From: Burkholderiales bacterium
GTDB lineage: Bacteria; Pseudomonadota; Gammaproteobacteria; Burkholderiales; SG8-39
Length of the DNA: 64,000 nt
Assembly: GCA_041558415.1 (NCBI GenBank)
Contig: JBFFEY010000001.1
Location: 22,910-86,909 of the forward strand
Direction of reading: 5' to 3'
Position numbers and translations under genes: made by a program. Positions 40,702 to 51,387 of this stretch are shown here, in pieces (positions within the stretch are counted from its first letter, which is position 1; the number at the start of each line of letters is the position of its first letter). The notes beneath the pieces were generated by a model. It ran no database searches and was not told where the DNA came from. It was given only the letters and a program-made list of their open reading frames with translations.

Positions 40702-41271
40702 ATGCACGAAACTGAGCCGAAGCCGGTAACCGTCGATCCGCGCCAGCGTGATAACCGGCGCATGCTGCTGCGCCTGTCGGTCGTCGCCGTGCTGATGTTC
40801 GGCTTCGGCTTCGCGCTGGTGCCGTTCTACGAGCAGATCTGCGCTGCGCTCGGGGTGAACTCGCTGGTGCCGATCGAGCGGGCAGCGGCGAAAAATACGC
40901 AGATCGATCGCGCACGCACCGTCTCCATCGAGTTCGACGCCAACTCGCACGACCTGCCATGGCGCTTCCGGCCGCTGGTGCGACACCTTCAGGTGCATCC
41001 AGGCGAGCTCGCCACCATCGAGTACGAGGTGGTCAACGTACGCCCGCATGCGGTAACGGGCCAGGCGGTGCCGAGCTATGGCCCGTCGCGGGCCGGCGAA
41101 TTTTTCAAGAAGGTCGAATGTTTCTGCTTCGAGCAACAGACGCTGGCGGCCGGAGAAGTGCGGCGCATGCCGGTGGTGTTCGTCGTCGACCCGTCGTTGC
41201 CCAAGGACGTCAACACGATCACGCTGTCGTACACGTTCTTCGAAGTCGCTGGGCGCGGGGGTCGCAGTTGA
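40702..41271 (+). CDS. ctaG: cytochrome c oxidase assembly (copper delivery) protein CtaG/Cox11
   Basis: ATG 40702 (MHETEPKP...). One TM, and the copper motif VECFCFEQQ. Confidence 0.93.
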   Translation: MHETEPKPVTVDPRQRDNRRMLLRLSVVAVLMFGFGFALVPFYEQICAALGVNSLVPIERAAAKNTQIDRARTVSIEFDANSHDLPWRFRPLVRHLQVHPGELATIEYEVVNVRPHAVTGQAVPSYGPSRAGEFFKKVECFCFEQQTLAAGEVRRMPVVFVVDPSLPKDVNTITLSYTFFEVAGRGGRS

Positions 41272-41273
41272 GC

Positions 41274-41477
41274 ATGGCGCAGGCAATGAAGCAGGCTTCG
41301 TTTCTCGACGTACTCAGGACGATCGCCTTCGGCGCGCTCGGCGTGCGCCGGCGAGCGGATCACGAACGCGAGACCGCACCGATCAGGCCGTTACACATCA
41401 TCATTGCGGGTCTGGTTGCCGCGGCGCTGTTCATTCTCACGCTCGTCGCCATCGTGCGATTCGTTGTGGCAGGCTAA
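41274..41477 (+). CDS. DUF2970-family small membrane protein
   Basis: ATG 41274 (MAQAMKQASFLDVLRTIAFGALGVRRR...) with a C-terminal TM. It is the tail of track ORF 40959..41477. Confidence 0.7.
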   Translation: MAQAMKQASFLDVLRTIAFGALGVRRRADHERETAPIRPLHIIIAGLVAAALFILTLVAIVRFVVAG

Positions 41478-41510
41478 GGACGGCAAGACAGGAATTCGAG
41501 AGGGAAAAAC

Positions 41511-42377
41511 ATGGCACACGACGCAGCCGCCGCTCCGCATCACCACTATTACGTTCCGCAGCCAATGCCGTGGCCGATTCTGGGCTCCGTCGCGCTCTGG
41601 CTCATGGCGCTCGGCGCGGTATTCGTGTTCAACGACATTTCGGGCGGCTGGATTTCGATCGCAGCGGGCTTCATGGTGATGCTCTACATGATGTTCCGCT
41701 GGTTCGGCGACGTGATTCGCGAGTCCGAGAGCGGAAAGTATGGGCGCTGGGAGGACGTGTCGTTCCGCTGGGGAATGAGCTTCTTCATTTTCTCGGAGGT
41801 GATGTTCTTCGCGGCATTCTTTGGCGCTCTGTTCTACATCCGCGTACTGTCGGTCCCCGATCTGGCAAGCCTGCAGCACAACGAGCTGCTCTGGCCCGGA
41901 TTCAGTTCGCAGTGGCCGTCTGCGGGCCCGACCTTCGAAGAGAAGTTCTCGCCGATGGGCGCCTGGGGCCTGCCTGCGATCAACACCATGCTGCTGCTGA
42001 CCTCGGGCGTCACGGTCACCATCGCGCACTGGGCACTCAAGGAAAACAAGCGGGGCATGCTCAACCTGTTCCTGTTTCTGACGATCGCGCTGGGCGTGAT
42101 CTTCCTCGGCGTGCAGGCCTACGAGTACGGCCACGCCTACAGTGACCTCAACCTGAAGCTGACGACGGGCGTATTCGGCTCGACCTTCTTCATGCTCACC
42201 GGCTTCCACGGCTTTCACGTCACCGTGGGCGCGATCATGCTGGCTGTCATTCTCGCGCGCTGCCTGTCGGGGCATTTCAAACCGGATCATCACTTTGCGT
42301 TCGAGGGTGTTGCCTGGTACTGGCACTTCGTCGACGTGGTGTGGCTGGGCCTTTTCATCTTCGTGTACTGGCTGTAG
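41511..42377 (+). CDS. coxC: cytochrome c oxidase subunit III
   Basis: 288 aa with 7 TM helices. GFHGFHVTVG and WYWHFVDVVW motifs. Confidence 0.96.
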   Translation: MAHDAAAAPHHHYYVPQPMPWPILGSVALWLMALGAVFVFNDISGGWISIAAGFMVMLYMMFRWFGDVIRESESGKYGRWEDVSFRWGMSFFIFSEVMFFAAFFGALFYIRVLSVPDLASLQHNELLWPGFSSQWPSAGPTFEEKFSPMGAWGLPAINTMLLLTSGVTVTIAHWALKENKRGMLNLFLFLTIALGVIFLGVQAYEYGHAYSDLNLKLTTGVFGSTFFMLTGFHGFHVTVGAIMLAVILARCLSGHFKPDHHFAFEGVAWYWHFVDVVWLGLFIFVYWL

Positions 42378-42479
42378 ACGAGGGCCATCCGACGCGACAA
42401 CGAGGAGGAGGCACGAAAGACCGGCGCGGCGCCCGTGCGCAGCAGCCGGCTACGCAAGTGCCTTGGAGGAGCCTCTTGG

Positions 42480-42507
42480 ATGCCGCACTCGGTGCGGCAT
42501 TTTTTTT
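42480..42507 (+). terminator. rho-independent terminator after coxC
   Basis: ATGCCGCAC-TCG-GTGCGGCAT perfect 9-bp stem followed by TTTTTTT. Confidence 0.8.
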
Positions 42508-42511
42508 CCGA

Positions 42512-42712
42512 CTATCCGGACAGCCGTCCGGGAATCAGACCGAAGTAGAAACCGGCCATGAGAAACAGGAACAGCGCGATCGACAGGCCGACGCGGACGG
42601 CGAGCGCCTTGACCGCGCGCTTGGAGCCGCTCTGATCGCGGTAAATGAACACCAACGCCGAGCCCAGGCTCGCGACGATGAGAACGAGCATTCCGATCAC
42701 GATGTATCGCAT
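42512..42712 (-). CDS. twin-transmembrane-helix small protein (DUF2909-like)
   Basis: Start MRYIVIGMLVLIVASLG... at 42712. 66 aa with two TM helices. It is the tail of track ORF 42512..43045. Confidence 0.7.
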   Translation of the reverse strand: MRYIVIGMLVLIVASLGSALVFIYRDQSGSKRAVKALAVRVGLSIALFLFLMAGFYFGLIPGRLSG

Positions 42713-42840
42713 GACGATCCGGTCAATCTGTCGGCGGAAGCGCCGCTTGGCTGCGGGGGGGTGATGCGGCGCACGCATATTCGGCGCGCGACGGCGGAGT
42801 GTACCGCGGCTGGCGGCCGGCGACGCGCGGTACGGCGCCC

Positions 42841-43566
42841 ATGGTGATGACTGTCGGCGGACGGCGCTTTCAGCCGCTTTGGCGCTGGCTCCCGATCGCG
42901 TTGGTCGGCGTGGTTGTTTTCGTTGCGCTCGGCAACTGGCAGTTGCGGCGCGCGGAAGAGCGGCGGGCGCTCGCCGCCGCGCACCGGACGGCGCTCGAGG
43001 CGGCGCCAGTGACGCTGCCAGCGCAGCCCGTCGACGCCGCTGCATATGCCTTGCGCCGGGTGGTGGCGCACGGGCACTTCATCCCGGCGCAGACCATCTA
43101 CCTCGATAACCGCATCCGGCAGGGGCGGGTGGGGTACGAGATCGTCACGCCGCTGCGTCTGTCCGGCAGTGCGCTGCACGTGGCGATCCTGCGGGGCTGG
43201 ATCGCGGGCACGGGGAGCCGCAGCGCGCTGCCGCGCGTGGCAACGCCGGAGGGAGAGCAACGCATAGAAGGCATCGCGCTGCTGACGATACCGCAGCGCT
43301 TCGAGCCTGAGGGCGCGCAGCCCGAGGGGCGCGTGTGGCAGAACCTTTCGGTAGCGCGCGTCGCGGCCGCCACGCGTCTCGCGTTCCAGCCCCTCCTGCT
43401 GGAACAGCGCTCCGAGGTGGACGACGGCCTGTCGCGCGACTGGCCGCAGCGCGGTGCCGGGGCGGAGAAGAACGAGAACTATGCACTGCAATGGTTCTCG
43501 CTCGCCGCGCTCTGCGTCGTTCTCTGGCTGGTGCTTTCTTTCCGCCGCGATGCGCCTGCTGCCTGA
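42841..43566 (+). CDS. SURF1-family cytochrome oxidase biogenesis protein
   Basis: ATG 42841. N- and C-terminal TM helices, with LGNWQLRR, GYEIVTPL and NENYALQWFSLA motifs. Confidence 0.9.
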   Translation: MVMTVGGRRFQPLWRWLPIALVGVVVFVALGNWQLRRAEERRALAAAHRTALEAAPVTLPAQPVDAAAYALRRVVAHGHFIPAQTIYLDNRIRQGRVGYEIVTPLRLSGSALHVAILRGWIAGTGSRSALPRVATPEGEQRIEGIALLTIPQRFEPEGAQPEGRVWQNLSVARVAAATRLAFQPLLLEQRSEVDDGLSRDWPQRGAGAEKNENYALQWFSLAALCVVLWLVLSFRRDAPAA

Positions 43567-44137
43567 AGATCCGGTCAAGCGCGGGCGTCTGCAGCTCTTG
43601 CTGCTTATTGCCGCGTTTCTCCTGCCGCTGGCGGGCAGTGGATTGGCCTACTGGCTCGACTGGTCTACGGGGCAGACGGGCAATTACGGCGAGCTGATCG
43701 AGCCGCGGCAAGTGCCGCGGAGTACGCTCGGCACGCTCGACGGGGGAACGCTGCGCCTGGACGCCATTCGAGGAAAGTGGATACTGCTGCAGTTCGATGC
43801 GCCCGCCTGCGACGCGCGCTGCGAGCGCAAGCTCTACGTCATGCGCCAGGCGCGCAAAGCGCTCGGGCGCGACCAATCGCGCGTCGAACGCGTCTGGATT
43901 CTGACCGGCGAAGGACCGCCGCCGCCGCGCCTGCTCGGTGCGATCGAGGGCACTTACGTGCTGCGAGCCGCGGAGACCTCTTTCGCGGCCGCGTTTCCCG
44001 CACGCACAGACCTGCGTGACCACGTCTTCCTGATCGACCCGCGTGGCAACCTCATGCTGCGCTTTCCCCCGGACCCCGAACCCGCGCGCGTCATCAAGGA
44101 CCTGCAGCGCCTGCTCAAATACTCCGCGGTCGGCTGA
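43550..44137 (+). CDS. membrane-anchored thioredoxin-fold protein, SCO-like, with a CxxxC motif
   Basis: ATG 43550, overlapping the SURF1 end by 17 nt. TM LQLLLLIAAFLLPLAGSGLAYWL. KWILLQFDAPACDARCERKL aligns by eye with the SCO FGFTxCPDICP region. Confidence 0.6.
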   Translation: MRLLPEDPVKRGRLQLLLLIAAFLLPLAGSGLAYWLDWSTGQTGNYGELIEPRQVPRSTLGTLDGGTLRLDAIRGKWILLQFDAPACDARCERKLYVMRQARKALGRDQSRVERVWILTGEGPPPPRLLGAIEGTYVLRAAETSFAAAFPARTDLRDHVFLIDPRGNLMLRFPPDPEPARVIKDLQRLLKYSAVG

Positions 44138-44242
44138 ACGGCACATTGTCGGCCGGTCCCGCTGCGGACCGAGGCAGTGACGTGATAGACTGCGCGCGCA
44201 TTTCTGGCCGTCGCCGAATGCCTTTGTTGGCCTCCTGACGTC

Positions 44243-45157
44243 GTGAATACCCAGGTTCTTACCCCCAACGTGACGCGCCTTTTGGCGCGCCGTGCCCGCG
44301 CGTTTTATGCCCTGACCAAGCCGCGCGTCGTCTCGCTCATCGTGTTCACCGCGATGATCGGGATGTTTCTTGCGGTCCCGGGGATGGTGCCGGCACCCGT
44401 GCTGTTCGCGGCTGTGATCGGTATCGCGCTCGTGGCCGGTGCAGCGGCCGCCGTCAATTGCTTGGTCGAGCAGCGCATCGACGCGCGCATGCAGCGCACG
44501 AGGACGCGCCCGCTGCCGCGTGGCGAACTGTCGGCGGCTCAGACGCTGGTGTTCGCGGCCGCCGTTGGCACCCTGGGATTGTGGCTGCTGATGCGCTTCG
44601 TCAACCCGCTCACCATGTGGCTCACGCTGGCCACGTTTGTCGGCTATGCCGTGATCTACACGGTGGTGCTAAAGCCGGCGACGCCGCAGAACATCGTCAT
44701 CGGAGGCGCTTCGGGCGCCATGCCGCCTGTCCTCGGCTGGGCGGCGGTTACCGGCGAAGTCACGATCGAGCCGATGCTGCTGTTTCTCATCATCTTCGCC
44801 TGGACTCCGCCGCATTTCTGGTCGCTGGCGCTGTACCGCACGGCAGATTACGCGCGCGCCGGACTGCCGATGCTGCCGGTGACGCACGGCAAGGCCTACA
44901 CGCGACAGCAGGTTCTGCTCTACACCCTGATCCTGTTCGGCGTCAGTCTTCTGCCCTTCGTGGTGCGCATGAGCGGCCTGATCTATCTGGTCGCCGCCTG
45001 CGTGCTCGGCGGGTGGTACATGGTGCACGCGTTGCGCGTGCGCTTCGCCTACAGCGACCACGTCGCGCAGCGCGCGTTCCGCTTCTCGATTTTCTACCTG
45101 GCGGCGTTGTTCGCCGCGCTGCTGCTCGATCACTATCTGCTGATTCTGCCGGCGTGA
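44243..45157 (+). CDS. ctaB: protoheme IX farnesyltransferase (heme O synthase)
   Basis: UbiA-family membrane protein. [30 protein letters not shown] and [11 protein letters not shown] motifs. Confidence 0.95.
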   Translation: MNTQVLTPNVTRLLARRARAFYALTKPRVVSLIVFTAMIGMFLAVPGMVPAPVLFAAVIGIALVAGAAAAVNCLVEQRIDARMQRTRTRPLPRGELSAAQTLVFAAAVGTLGLWLLMRFVNPLTMWLTLATFVGYAVIYTVVLKPATPQNIVIGGASGAMPPVLGWAAVTGEVTIEPMLLFLIIFAWTPPHFWSLALYRTADYARAGLPMLPVTHGKAYTRQQVLLYTLILFGVSLLPFVVRMSGLIYLVAACVLGGWYMVHALRVRFAYSDHVAQRAFRFSIFYLAALFAALLLDHYLLILPA

Positions 45158-45756
45158 GGGTTCTGCGATCGGCCGCGCTCTGTATCGCGGCCTGCCTGGC
45201 GCTGGCGGGGCTCGCCGCCTGCGATAGCGCAGCGCCCCAGTTCAAGAGCACGGACATCACTGGCGCGCCGTACGGCAAGACGTTCGCGCTCACCGGACAC
45301 GACGGCCGGGCCTACACGCTGACGGACTTCCGCGGCAAGGTGGTGGTGCTGTTTTTCGGGTTCACGCAGTGCCCCGATATCTGCCCGACCGCCCTTGCCG
45401 AAATGGCGCGCGCCATGCAGACACTCGGTGCGCATGCCGAGCGCGTGCAGGTGCTCTTCGTCACGCTCGACCCGGAACGCGACACGGCGGAGATTCTTGC
45501 GCGCTACGTGCCGGCGTTCGATCCCCGTTTTCTCGGCCTCTACGGCGATCTCGCCGCGACGCGCGTCGCGGCTAAGGAATTCAAGGTCTTCTTCGAGAAG
45601 CGGCCGGGGAGCACGCCGGACAGCTATTCGATCGATCACAGCGCGCAGACCTACGTGTTCGATACCGAGGGACGGCTGCGGTTGTTCGTGCGGCACCAGC
45701 GCATCGCCTCGGATCTGCCGCACGACGTGCGCCTGCTGCTGCAACAGGCCGGCTGA
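45154..45756 (+). CDS. SCO1/SenC-family copper chaperone lipoprotein
   Basis: GTG 45154 overlaps the ctaB stop (GTGA). Lipobox LAGLAAC. Copper motif [12 protein letters not shown], with DHS further on. Confidence 0.9.
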   Translation: MRVLRSAALCIAACLALAGLAACDSAAPQFKSTDITGAPYGKTFALTGHDGRAYTLTDFRGKVVVLFFGFTQCPDICPTALAEMARAMQTLGAHAERVQVLFVTLDPERDTAEILARYVPAFDPRFLGLYGDLAATRVAAKEFKVFFEKRPGSTPDSYSIDHSAQTYVFDTEGRLRLFVRHQRIASDLPHDVRLLLQQAG

Positions 45757-45784
45757 AAACAGAAGCGGCCGCTCGCGCGGCCGC
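45756..45784 (-). terminator. hairpin terminator downstream of rpoH (GCGGCCGC-GCGA-GCGGCCGC, then UUCUGUUUU on the minus strand)
   Basis: Two copies of the self-complementary octamer are separated by 4 nt. The T-rich run is present only on the minus strand, that is, for rpoH. Confidence 0.55.
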
Positions 45785-45821
45785 CAGGGAACCATGCGCG
45801 GGGGGCAGCCCCGGCGCACGC

Positions 45822-46712
45822 TCAGCCCGCAGAGGGTGCGGGCAGCCTGAGCGGCGTTTCTGCCGCAGCGATCGCCTTGCGCATTTTTTCGAGTGCCTTG
45901 CTCTCGATCTGGCGGATACGCTCGGCGGACACGCCAAACTCGTCGGCCAGTTCGTGCAGGGTGGCGGCGTCCTTCTCGCGCAGCCAGCGCGCTTCGATGA
46001 TGCGACGGCTGCGGTCATCCAGACCATCGAGCGCCTTGGCAAGACCATGCGCCCGGACCCGTTCGGTCTGCTTGGCCTCGAGCAGCCGCGAGGGCTCGGC
46101 GTCGTCATCGGCGAGAAACTGCGCCGGTGCGTAGGACTCGTCGTCGTCGTCCGCCTCGAACGCCAGATCGCGACCGGAGAGCCGGGTCTCCATCTCGACA
46201 ACCTCGGCCGGCTTGACCTTGAGCGCGTTGGCCACGCGCTCGATCTCTTCACCCGTGAGCGGCGCCAGGCCGCTCTTCATGGAGCGCAGGTTGAAAAACA
46301 GCTTGCGCTGTGCCTTGGTCGTTGCGACCTTGACCAACCGCCAGTTGCGCAGAATGTATTCGTGGATCTCGGCCTTGATCCAGTGGATCGCGAACGACAC
46401 CAGGCGCACGCCCCGTTCCGGGTCAAAGCGCTTGACCGCCTTCATCAAGCCGACGTTGCCTTCTTGGATCAGGTCGGCGTGCGGCAGGCCGTAGCCCAGG
46501 TACCCGCGCGCGATCGCGACGACCAGGCGCAGGTGCGACAGCACCAGCGCACGGGCTGCCTCAAGGTCGTTTTCGTCGCGGTAGCGACGCGCGTAGCGGT
46601 CCTCTTCCTCTGCGCTGAGGATCGGAAACCGGTTCGCGGCTTGTATGTAGGCCTCCAGGCTTCCGCTCGCCGAGGGGACCGGAAGCGCCATGGCGTAGGA
46701 ATTGCTGTGCAT
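45822..46712 (-). CDS. rpoH: RNA polymerase sigma-32 (heat-shock sigma factor)
   Basis: Start at 46712 (MHSNSYAMALPV...) preceded by GGGAGG. RpoH box QRKLFFNLR. Regions 2 and 4 are present. Confidence 0.96.
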   Translation of the reverse strand: MHSNSYAMALPVPSASGSLEAYIQAANRFPILSAEEEDRYARRYRDENDLEAARALVLSHLRLVVAIARGYLGYGLPHADLIQEGNVGLMKAVKRFDPERGVRLVSFAIHWIKAEIHEYILRNWRLVKVATTKAQRKLFFNLRSMKSGLAPLTGEEIERVANALKVKPAEVVEMETRLSGRDLAFEADDDDESYAPAQFLADDDAEPSRLLEAKQTERVRAHGLAKALDGLDDRSRRIIEARWLREKDAATLHELADEFGVSAERIRQIESKALEKMRKAIAAAETPLRLPAPSAG

Positions 46713-46734
46713 TGCAATAACCTCCCAAGTCCGC

Positions 46735-46764
46735 AGTCTAGCACTCACGCTATTAGAGTGCTAA
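46735..46764 (-). promoter_or_regulatory. candidate rpoH promoter TTAGCA-N18-TAGACT, spanned by an 8-bp inverted repeat (TAGCACTC-N9-GAGTGCTA, 46739..46763)
   Basis: Read from the sequence in the 91-nt ftsX-rpoH spacer. Confidence 0.4.
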
Positions 46765-46803
46765 GGGGGGTGCGGAGTTCCTGCGGGAACTTAAATTTTC
46801 CCT

Positions 46804-47712
46804 TTATTTTGGCTCTATTTGTCGTAAGTACCTGCTCACTGACATATATGCGCCAACCCATCCGAGCCCTCCGGCGAGGACTGCGAGGGCGGTCACCTCC
46901 CCGGCGCTGAAGAACGGCAGGCGGTATTCGCTGCCATAGCTGCGCGCCAGTTCGGCGATCTCGCTGTTCATCAGCGCGAGGCCGACCCAAACCAGCGCAA
47001 GCGCGATCAGCACCCCGGACAGGGCCTGCAGCAGCCCGAGATAGAGGAACGGTCGCTGAATAAAGCCGTCGGTTGCGCCGATCAGCTTCGAGACCTCGAT
47101 TTCGTCGCGCTGGGTCAGGATCTGCAGCCGGATCGTGTTGAACGCGATCGCCACGAGGCCCACGCCGAGAATGGCGGCGAGCAGGGCGAGTGCGAGGCGG
47201 CCGACGCGCTCGAAGGCCACCAGGCGCCGCACCCAGAGCGCATCGACCTGGGCCAGCGCGACCCCCGGAGCACGTCCGAGTTCCTCGGTCAGCTGATCCA
47301 TCACCCGGTCGGCGTCGCCGGCAACCGTTACCACCAGCGTGTCGGGCAGCGGGTTGCTGCCCAGTGCCGCGACGACGTCGGCCAGACCGCTCGTCTCGCG
47401 CAGCGCGGTGAGCGCGTCCTCGCGCGGAATGAGGCGCACGCGATGAATCCGCGGGTCGCTGCTCAGCCGGGTCGCGAGCCGGCGCGCCGCTGACGGTTCG
47501 GCGTCGGTGCGCATGAACACCGAGACCTGCGGGTCGATGGCACTGCGCGTCGACAGGCTCTGTAGGCCCTCGAGGATCACGTAACCGCCAGCAGGCAGCG
47601 CCAGTGCAACGCCGAGCGCGATGGCGTTGAGCAATGCGGCCGCGCGCTGCGCGCGCCACTTGCGCGCTGCCGCGGTGAACGCGAGCCGATGTTGGCGCAG
47701 CCAGGCCCTCAT
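46804..47712 (-). CDS. ftsX: cell division permease-like protein FtsX
   Basis: 302 aa with 4 TM helices and a periplasmic loop. EIEVSKLIGATDGFIQRPF motif. The start overlaps the ftsE stop. Confidence 0.94.
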   Translation of the reverse strand: MRAWLRQHRLAFTAAARKWRAQRAAALLNAIALGVALALPAGGYVILEGLQSLSTRSAIDPQVSVFMRTDAEPSAARRLATRLSSDPRIHRVRLIPREDALTALRETSGLADVVAALGSNPLPDTLVVTVAGDADRVMDQLTEELGRAPGVALAQVDALWVRRLVAFERVGRLALALLAAILGVGLVAIAFNTIRLQILTQRDEIEVSKLIGATDGFIQRPFLYLGLLQALSGVLIALALVWVGLALMNSEIAELARSYGSEYRLPFFSAGEVTALAVLAGGLGWVGAYMSVSRYLRQIEPK

Positions 47713-48377
47713 GCCGCCTCGCCCGCGGCGAGCAGCCGCCCATCGGCGAGGCGCAGCACGCGCGTGCCGTAGCGCTCGACCAGCGCCAGGTCATGGGTCG
47801 CGATCAGCACACTCACGCCGACGCGATTGAAGGCGACGAAGATGTCAAGGATGCGACCGGCCGAGTCGACGTCCAGGTTTGCCGTCGGTTCGTCGGCAAG
47901 AAGGATCGACGGGCGGTTGACCACCGCACGCGCGATGGCGAGGCGCTGCTGCTCTCCGCCGGAGAGCTGAATCGGGTTGGCGCGCTCGCGTTCCAGCAGA
48001 CCCACCTTGTCGAGCGCGGCGCGCACGCGGCGCGCCGCCTCGCGGGGCGGATGATCGGAAAACGCCAGCGGCAACATCACGTTGTCGTACACGCTGCGGT
48101 CGTAGAGCAGCTTCTGGTCCTGGAACACCAGCCCGAGGTTGCGCCGCAGGTAGGGAATCGCCGCGGGCTTGAGCGCGCCCACGTTCTGTCCGTTCACCAG
48201 CACAGTGCCGCTGCTCGGCCGCTCGATTGCCGCGATCAGCTTCAGCAGCGTGGATTTTCCGGCGCCCGAATGGCCGGTCACGAACAGCAGTTCGCCGTCG
48301 TCGACCGCGAAGGTCAGGCCGCGCAGCGCATCCTTGCCGCCGGGGAAGCGCTTGGAGACGGCCGAGAAACTAATCAA
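47709..48377 (-). CDS. ftsE: cell division ATP-binding protein FtsE
   Basis: TTG start at 48377 (ISFSAVSKRF...) overlaps the ftsY stop by 8 nt. Walker A GHSGAGKST and signature LSGGEQQR. The longer track ORF is an extension. Confidence 0.93.
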   Translation of the reverse strand: MISFSAVSKRFPGGKDALRGLTFAVDDGELLFVTGHSGAGKSTLLKLIAAIERPSSGTVLVNGQNVGALKPAAIPYLRRNLGLVFQDQKLLYDRSVYDNVMLPLAFSDHPPREAARRVRAALDKVGLLERERANPIQLSGGEQQRLAIARAVVNRPSILLADEPTANLDVDSAGRILDIFVAFNRVGVSVLIATHDLALVERYGTRVLRLADGRLLAAGEAA

Positions 48378-49381
48378 CCAGTCCCTCGACGAAATCGCGC
48401 GCCGAAAAGGGCCGCAGGTCATCGACGCCTTCACCGACGCCGACGAATCGCAGCGGCAGTGCATCCGCGGACGCGCCCCGCGCTCGGGCGATCGCTGCAA
48501 CCACGCCGCCCTTGGCCGTTCCATCGAGCTTGGTCAGCACCAGTCCGGTGAGTCCAATGGCCTCGTCAAACGCCTTCACCTGGGCAAGCGCGTTCTGCCC
48601 CGTGTTCGCATCCAGCACGAGCAGCACCTCGTGCGGTGCGTCCGCAAGTGCCTTTGCCGCCACGCGCTTGACCTTCTTGATCTCCTCCATCAGATGCAGC
48701 TGCGTCGGCAGTCGTCCTGCCGTATCGGCGATGACCACATCGACGCCGCGTGCGCGCGCTGCCTGGATGGCGTCGAACACCACCGCGCCCGGGTCGGCGT
48801 CCGCCTGACCGATGACGGTGACGCCGTTGCGTTCGCCCCAGGCCACCAGCTGCTCGTGCGCCGCTGCACGAAAGGTGTCGCCGGCGGCCAGCAGCACGCT
48901 CTTGCCCTGTGCCCGCAGCCACTTCGTCAGCTTGCCGATCGAGGTCGTCTTTCCCGAGCCATTGACGCCCGCCACCATGATGACGAACGGCTGCTTGGGC
49001 AGCACCTCCAGCGGACGCTCCAGCGGCGCGAGCAGTTCGACGAGCGCCTCGCTGAGCGCCTCCTTCAGCGCCGCGCCGTCCTCGATGCGCTCCCGGCGCG
49101 CCCGCTTGCGCAGCTGCTCGAGCAGGCTCTGCGTGGCCTCGACGCCACAATCTGCCGTCAGCAGGGCGGTTTCCAGGTCCTCGAACAGCGCCTCGTCAAC
49201 CTTGCGACGGCCGAGCAGGGCGCCCAGACCGCCGCCCAGCGCGCCGCGCGTGCGCGCGAGCCCCGCCTTGAGACGCAATGTCCAGGAGGATTTTTCGTTC
49301 GGGGATTTGTTTGCGAGACCGAGCACGGCGTGCGGCGCATCTGCCGCTAAGATGCGGACGATTTTATCAAAGGCAGTCCAC

Positions 49382-49383
<2 letters not shown>
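48370..49383 (-). CDS. ftsY: signal recognition particle receptor FtsY
   Basis: NG domain with GVNGSGKTTS, DTAGR and TKLDG. Start taken at ATG 49383 (MWTAFDKIV...); GTG 49326 is an alternative. Confidence 0.93.
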
Positions 49384-50451
<1,068 letters not shown>

Positions 50452-50463
50452 CCCCGGCGCCGC

Positions 50464-51273
50464 CTAGTGCTGGCAGCGCGGACAGTAATAGGTCGCGCGC
50501 TGGCCCTGCAGGATGCGGCGGACCTGCGTCCCGCAGCGCCGGCAGGGCAACCCTTCCCGGTCGTACACCCACGCACGCAGCTGGAAATAGCCCGGCGCGC
50601 CGTCGCTGCGGACGAAGTCGCGCAACGATGCGCCGCCGGCACGAATGGCCTTGCGCAGCGTCTGTTTGATCGCCGCGGCGAGCCGCGCGCAGCGCTGGCG
50701 CGACAGGCGTCCAGCCGACGTGCGCGGATGAATGCCTGCGACGAACAGGCTCTCGCTCGCGTAGATGTTGCCTACGCCGACGATACGGTGCCCGTCCATG
50801 AGCAGCTGCTTGATGGCGCTGCGATGGCCGCGCGTCATCGCGTAGAGCGCCGGCCCGTCGAACGCACGTGACAGGGGCTCGAGGCCGAGATGCGCGAGCA
50901 GTGGATGGCTCGCGGGCGGCGCCTCGGTCCAGAGCACCGCGCCGAAGCGGCGCGGATCGCGTAGCCGAAGGATCTGGTCGCCGAACACGAGGTCGATGTG
51001 GTCGTGCTTGCCGGGCGGCGTGCCACGCGGCAGAAGCCGCAGGCTGCCGGACATGCCGAGGTGCACGATCAGGTGACCGCCGTCGCACTCGAACAGAAGG
51101 TATTTGCCGCGTCTGACCACGGTGCGCACCACGCGGCCCGCCAGGGAATCGAAAGCGCGCGGCAGCGGCCAGCGCAGGCGACGATCGCGCGCCACGGTGG
51201 CACTGATTCTGCGGCCCGTGACGTAGGCTGCAATGCCACGGCGTGTGACTTCGACCTCGGGCAGTTCAGGCAT
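50464..51273 (-). CDS. mutM: formamidopyrimidine-DNA glycosylase
   Basis: N-terminal MPELPEVE and a C-terminal zinc finger CRRCGTQV...YYCPRCQ. Confidence 0.96.
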   Translation of the reverse strand: MPELPEVEVTRRGIAAYVTGRRISATVARDRRLRWPLPRAFDSLAGRVVRTVVRRGKYLLFECDGGHLIVHLGMSGSLRLLPRGTPPGKHDHIDLVFGDQILRLRDPRRFGAVLWTEAPPASHPLLAHLGLEPLSRAFDGPALYAMTRGHRSAIKQLLMDGHRIVGVGNIYASESLFVAGIHPRTSAGRLSRQRCARLAAAIKQTLRKAIRAGGASLRDFVRSDGAPGYFQLRAWVYDREGLPCRRCGTQVRRILQGQRATYYCPRCQH

Positions 51274-51387
51274 CGTGCATGCGGTGCATTCAATGAACCC
51301 GCGTGGCGGTCATGCGGTCAAAAGTCTCGCGTGGTCGGTTGGCGCTGGCTTGTGCGGCGCACCGAATATACCTACACTGACAGCCCC

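Noticed and set aside
45765-45784. Duplicated GCGGCCGC octamer as a repeat element.
   Set aside because: It is only two copies forming a simple hairpin between convergent genes. It is interpreted as the rpoH terminator stem, not as a REP-like or mobile repeat.
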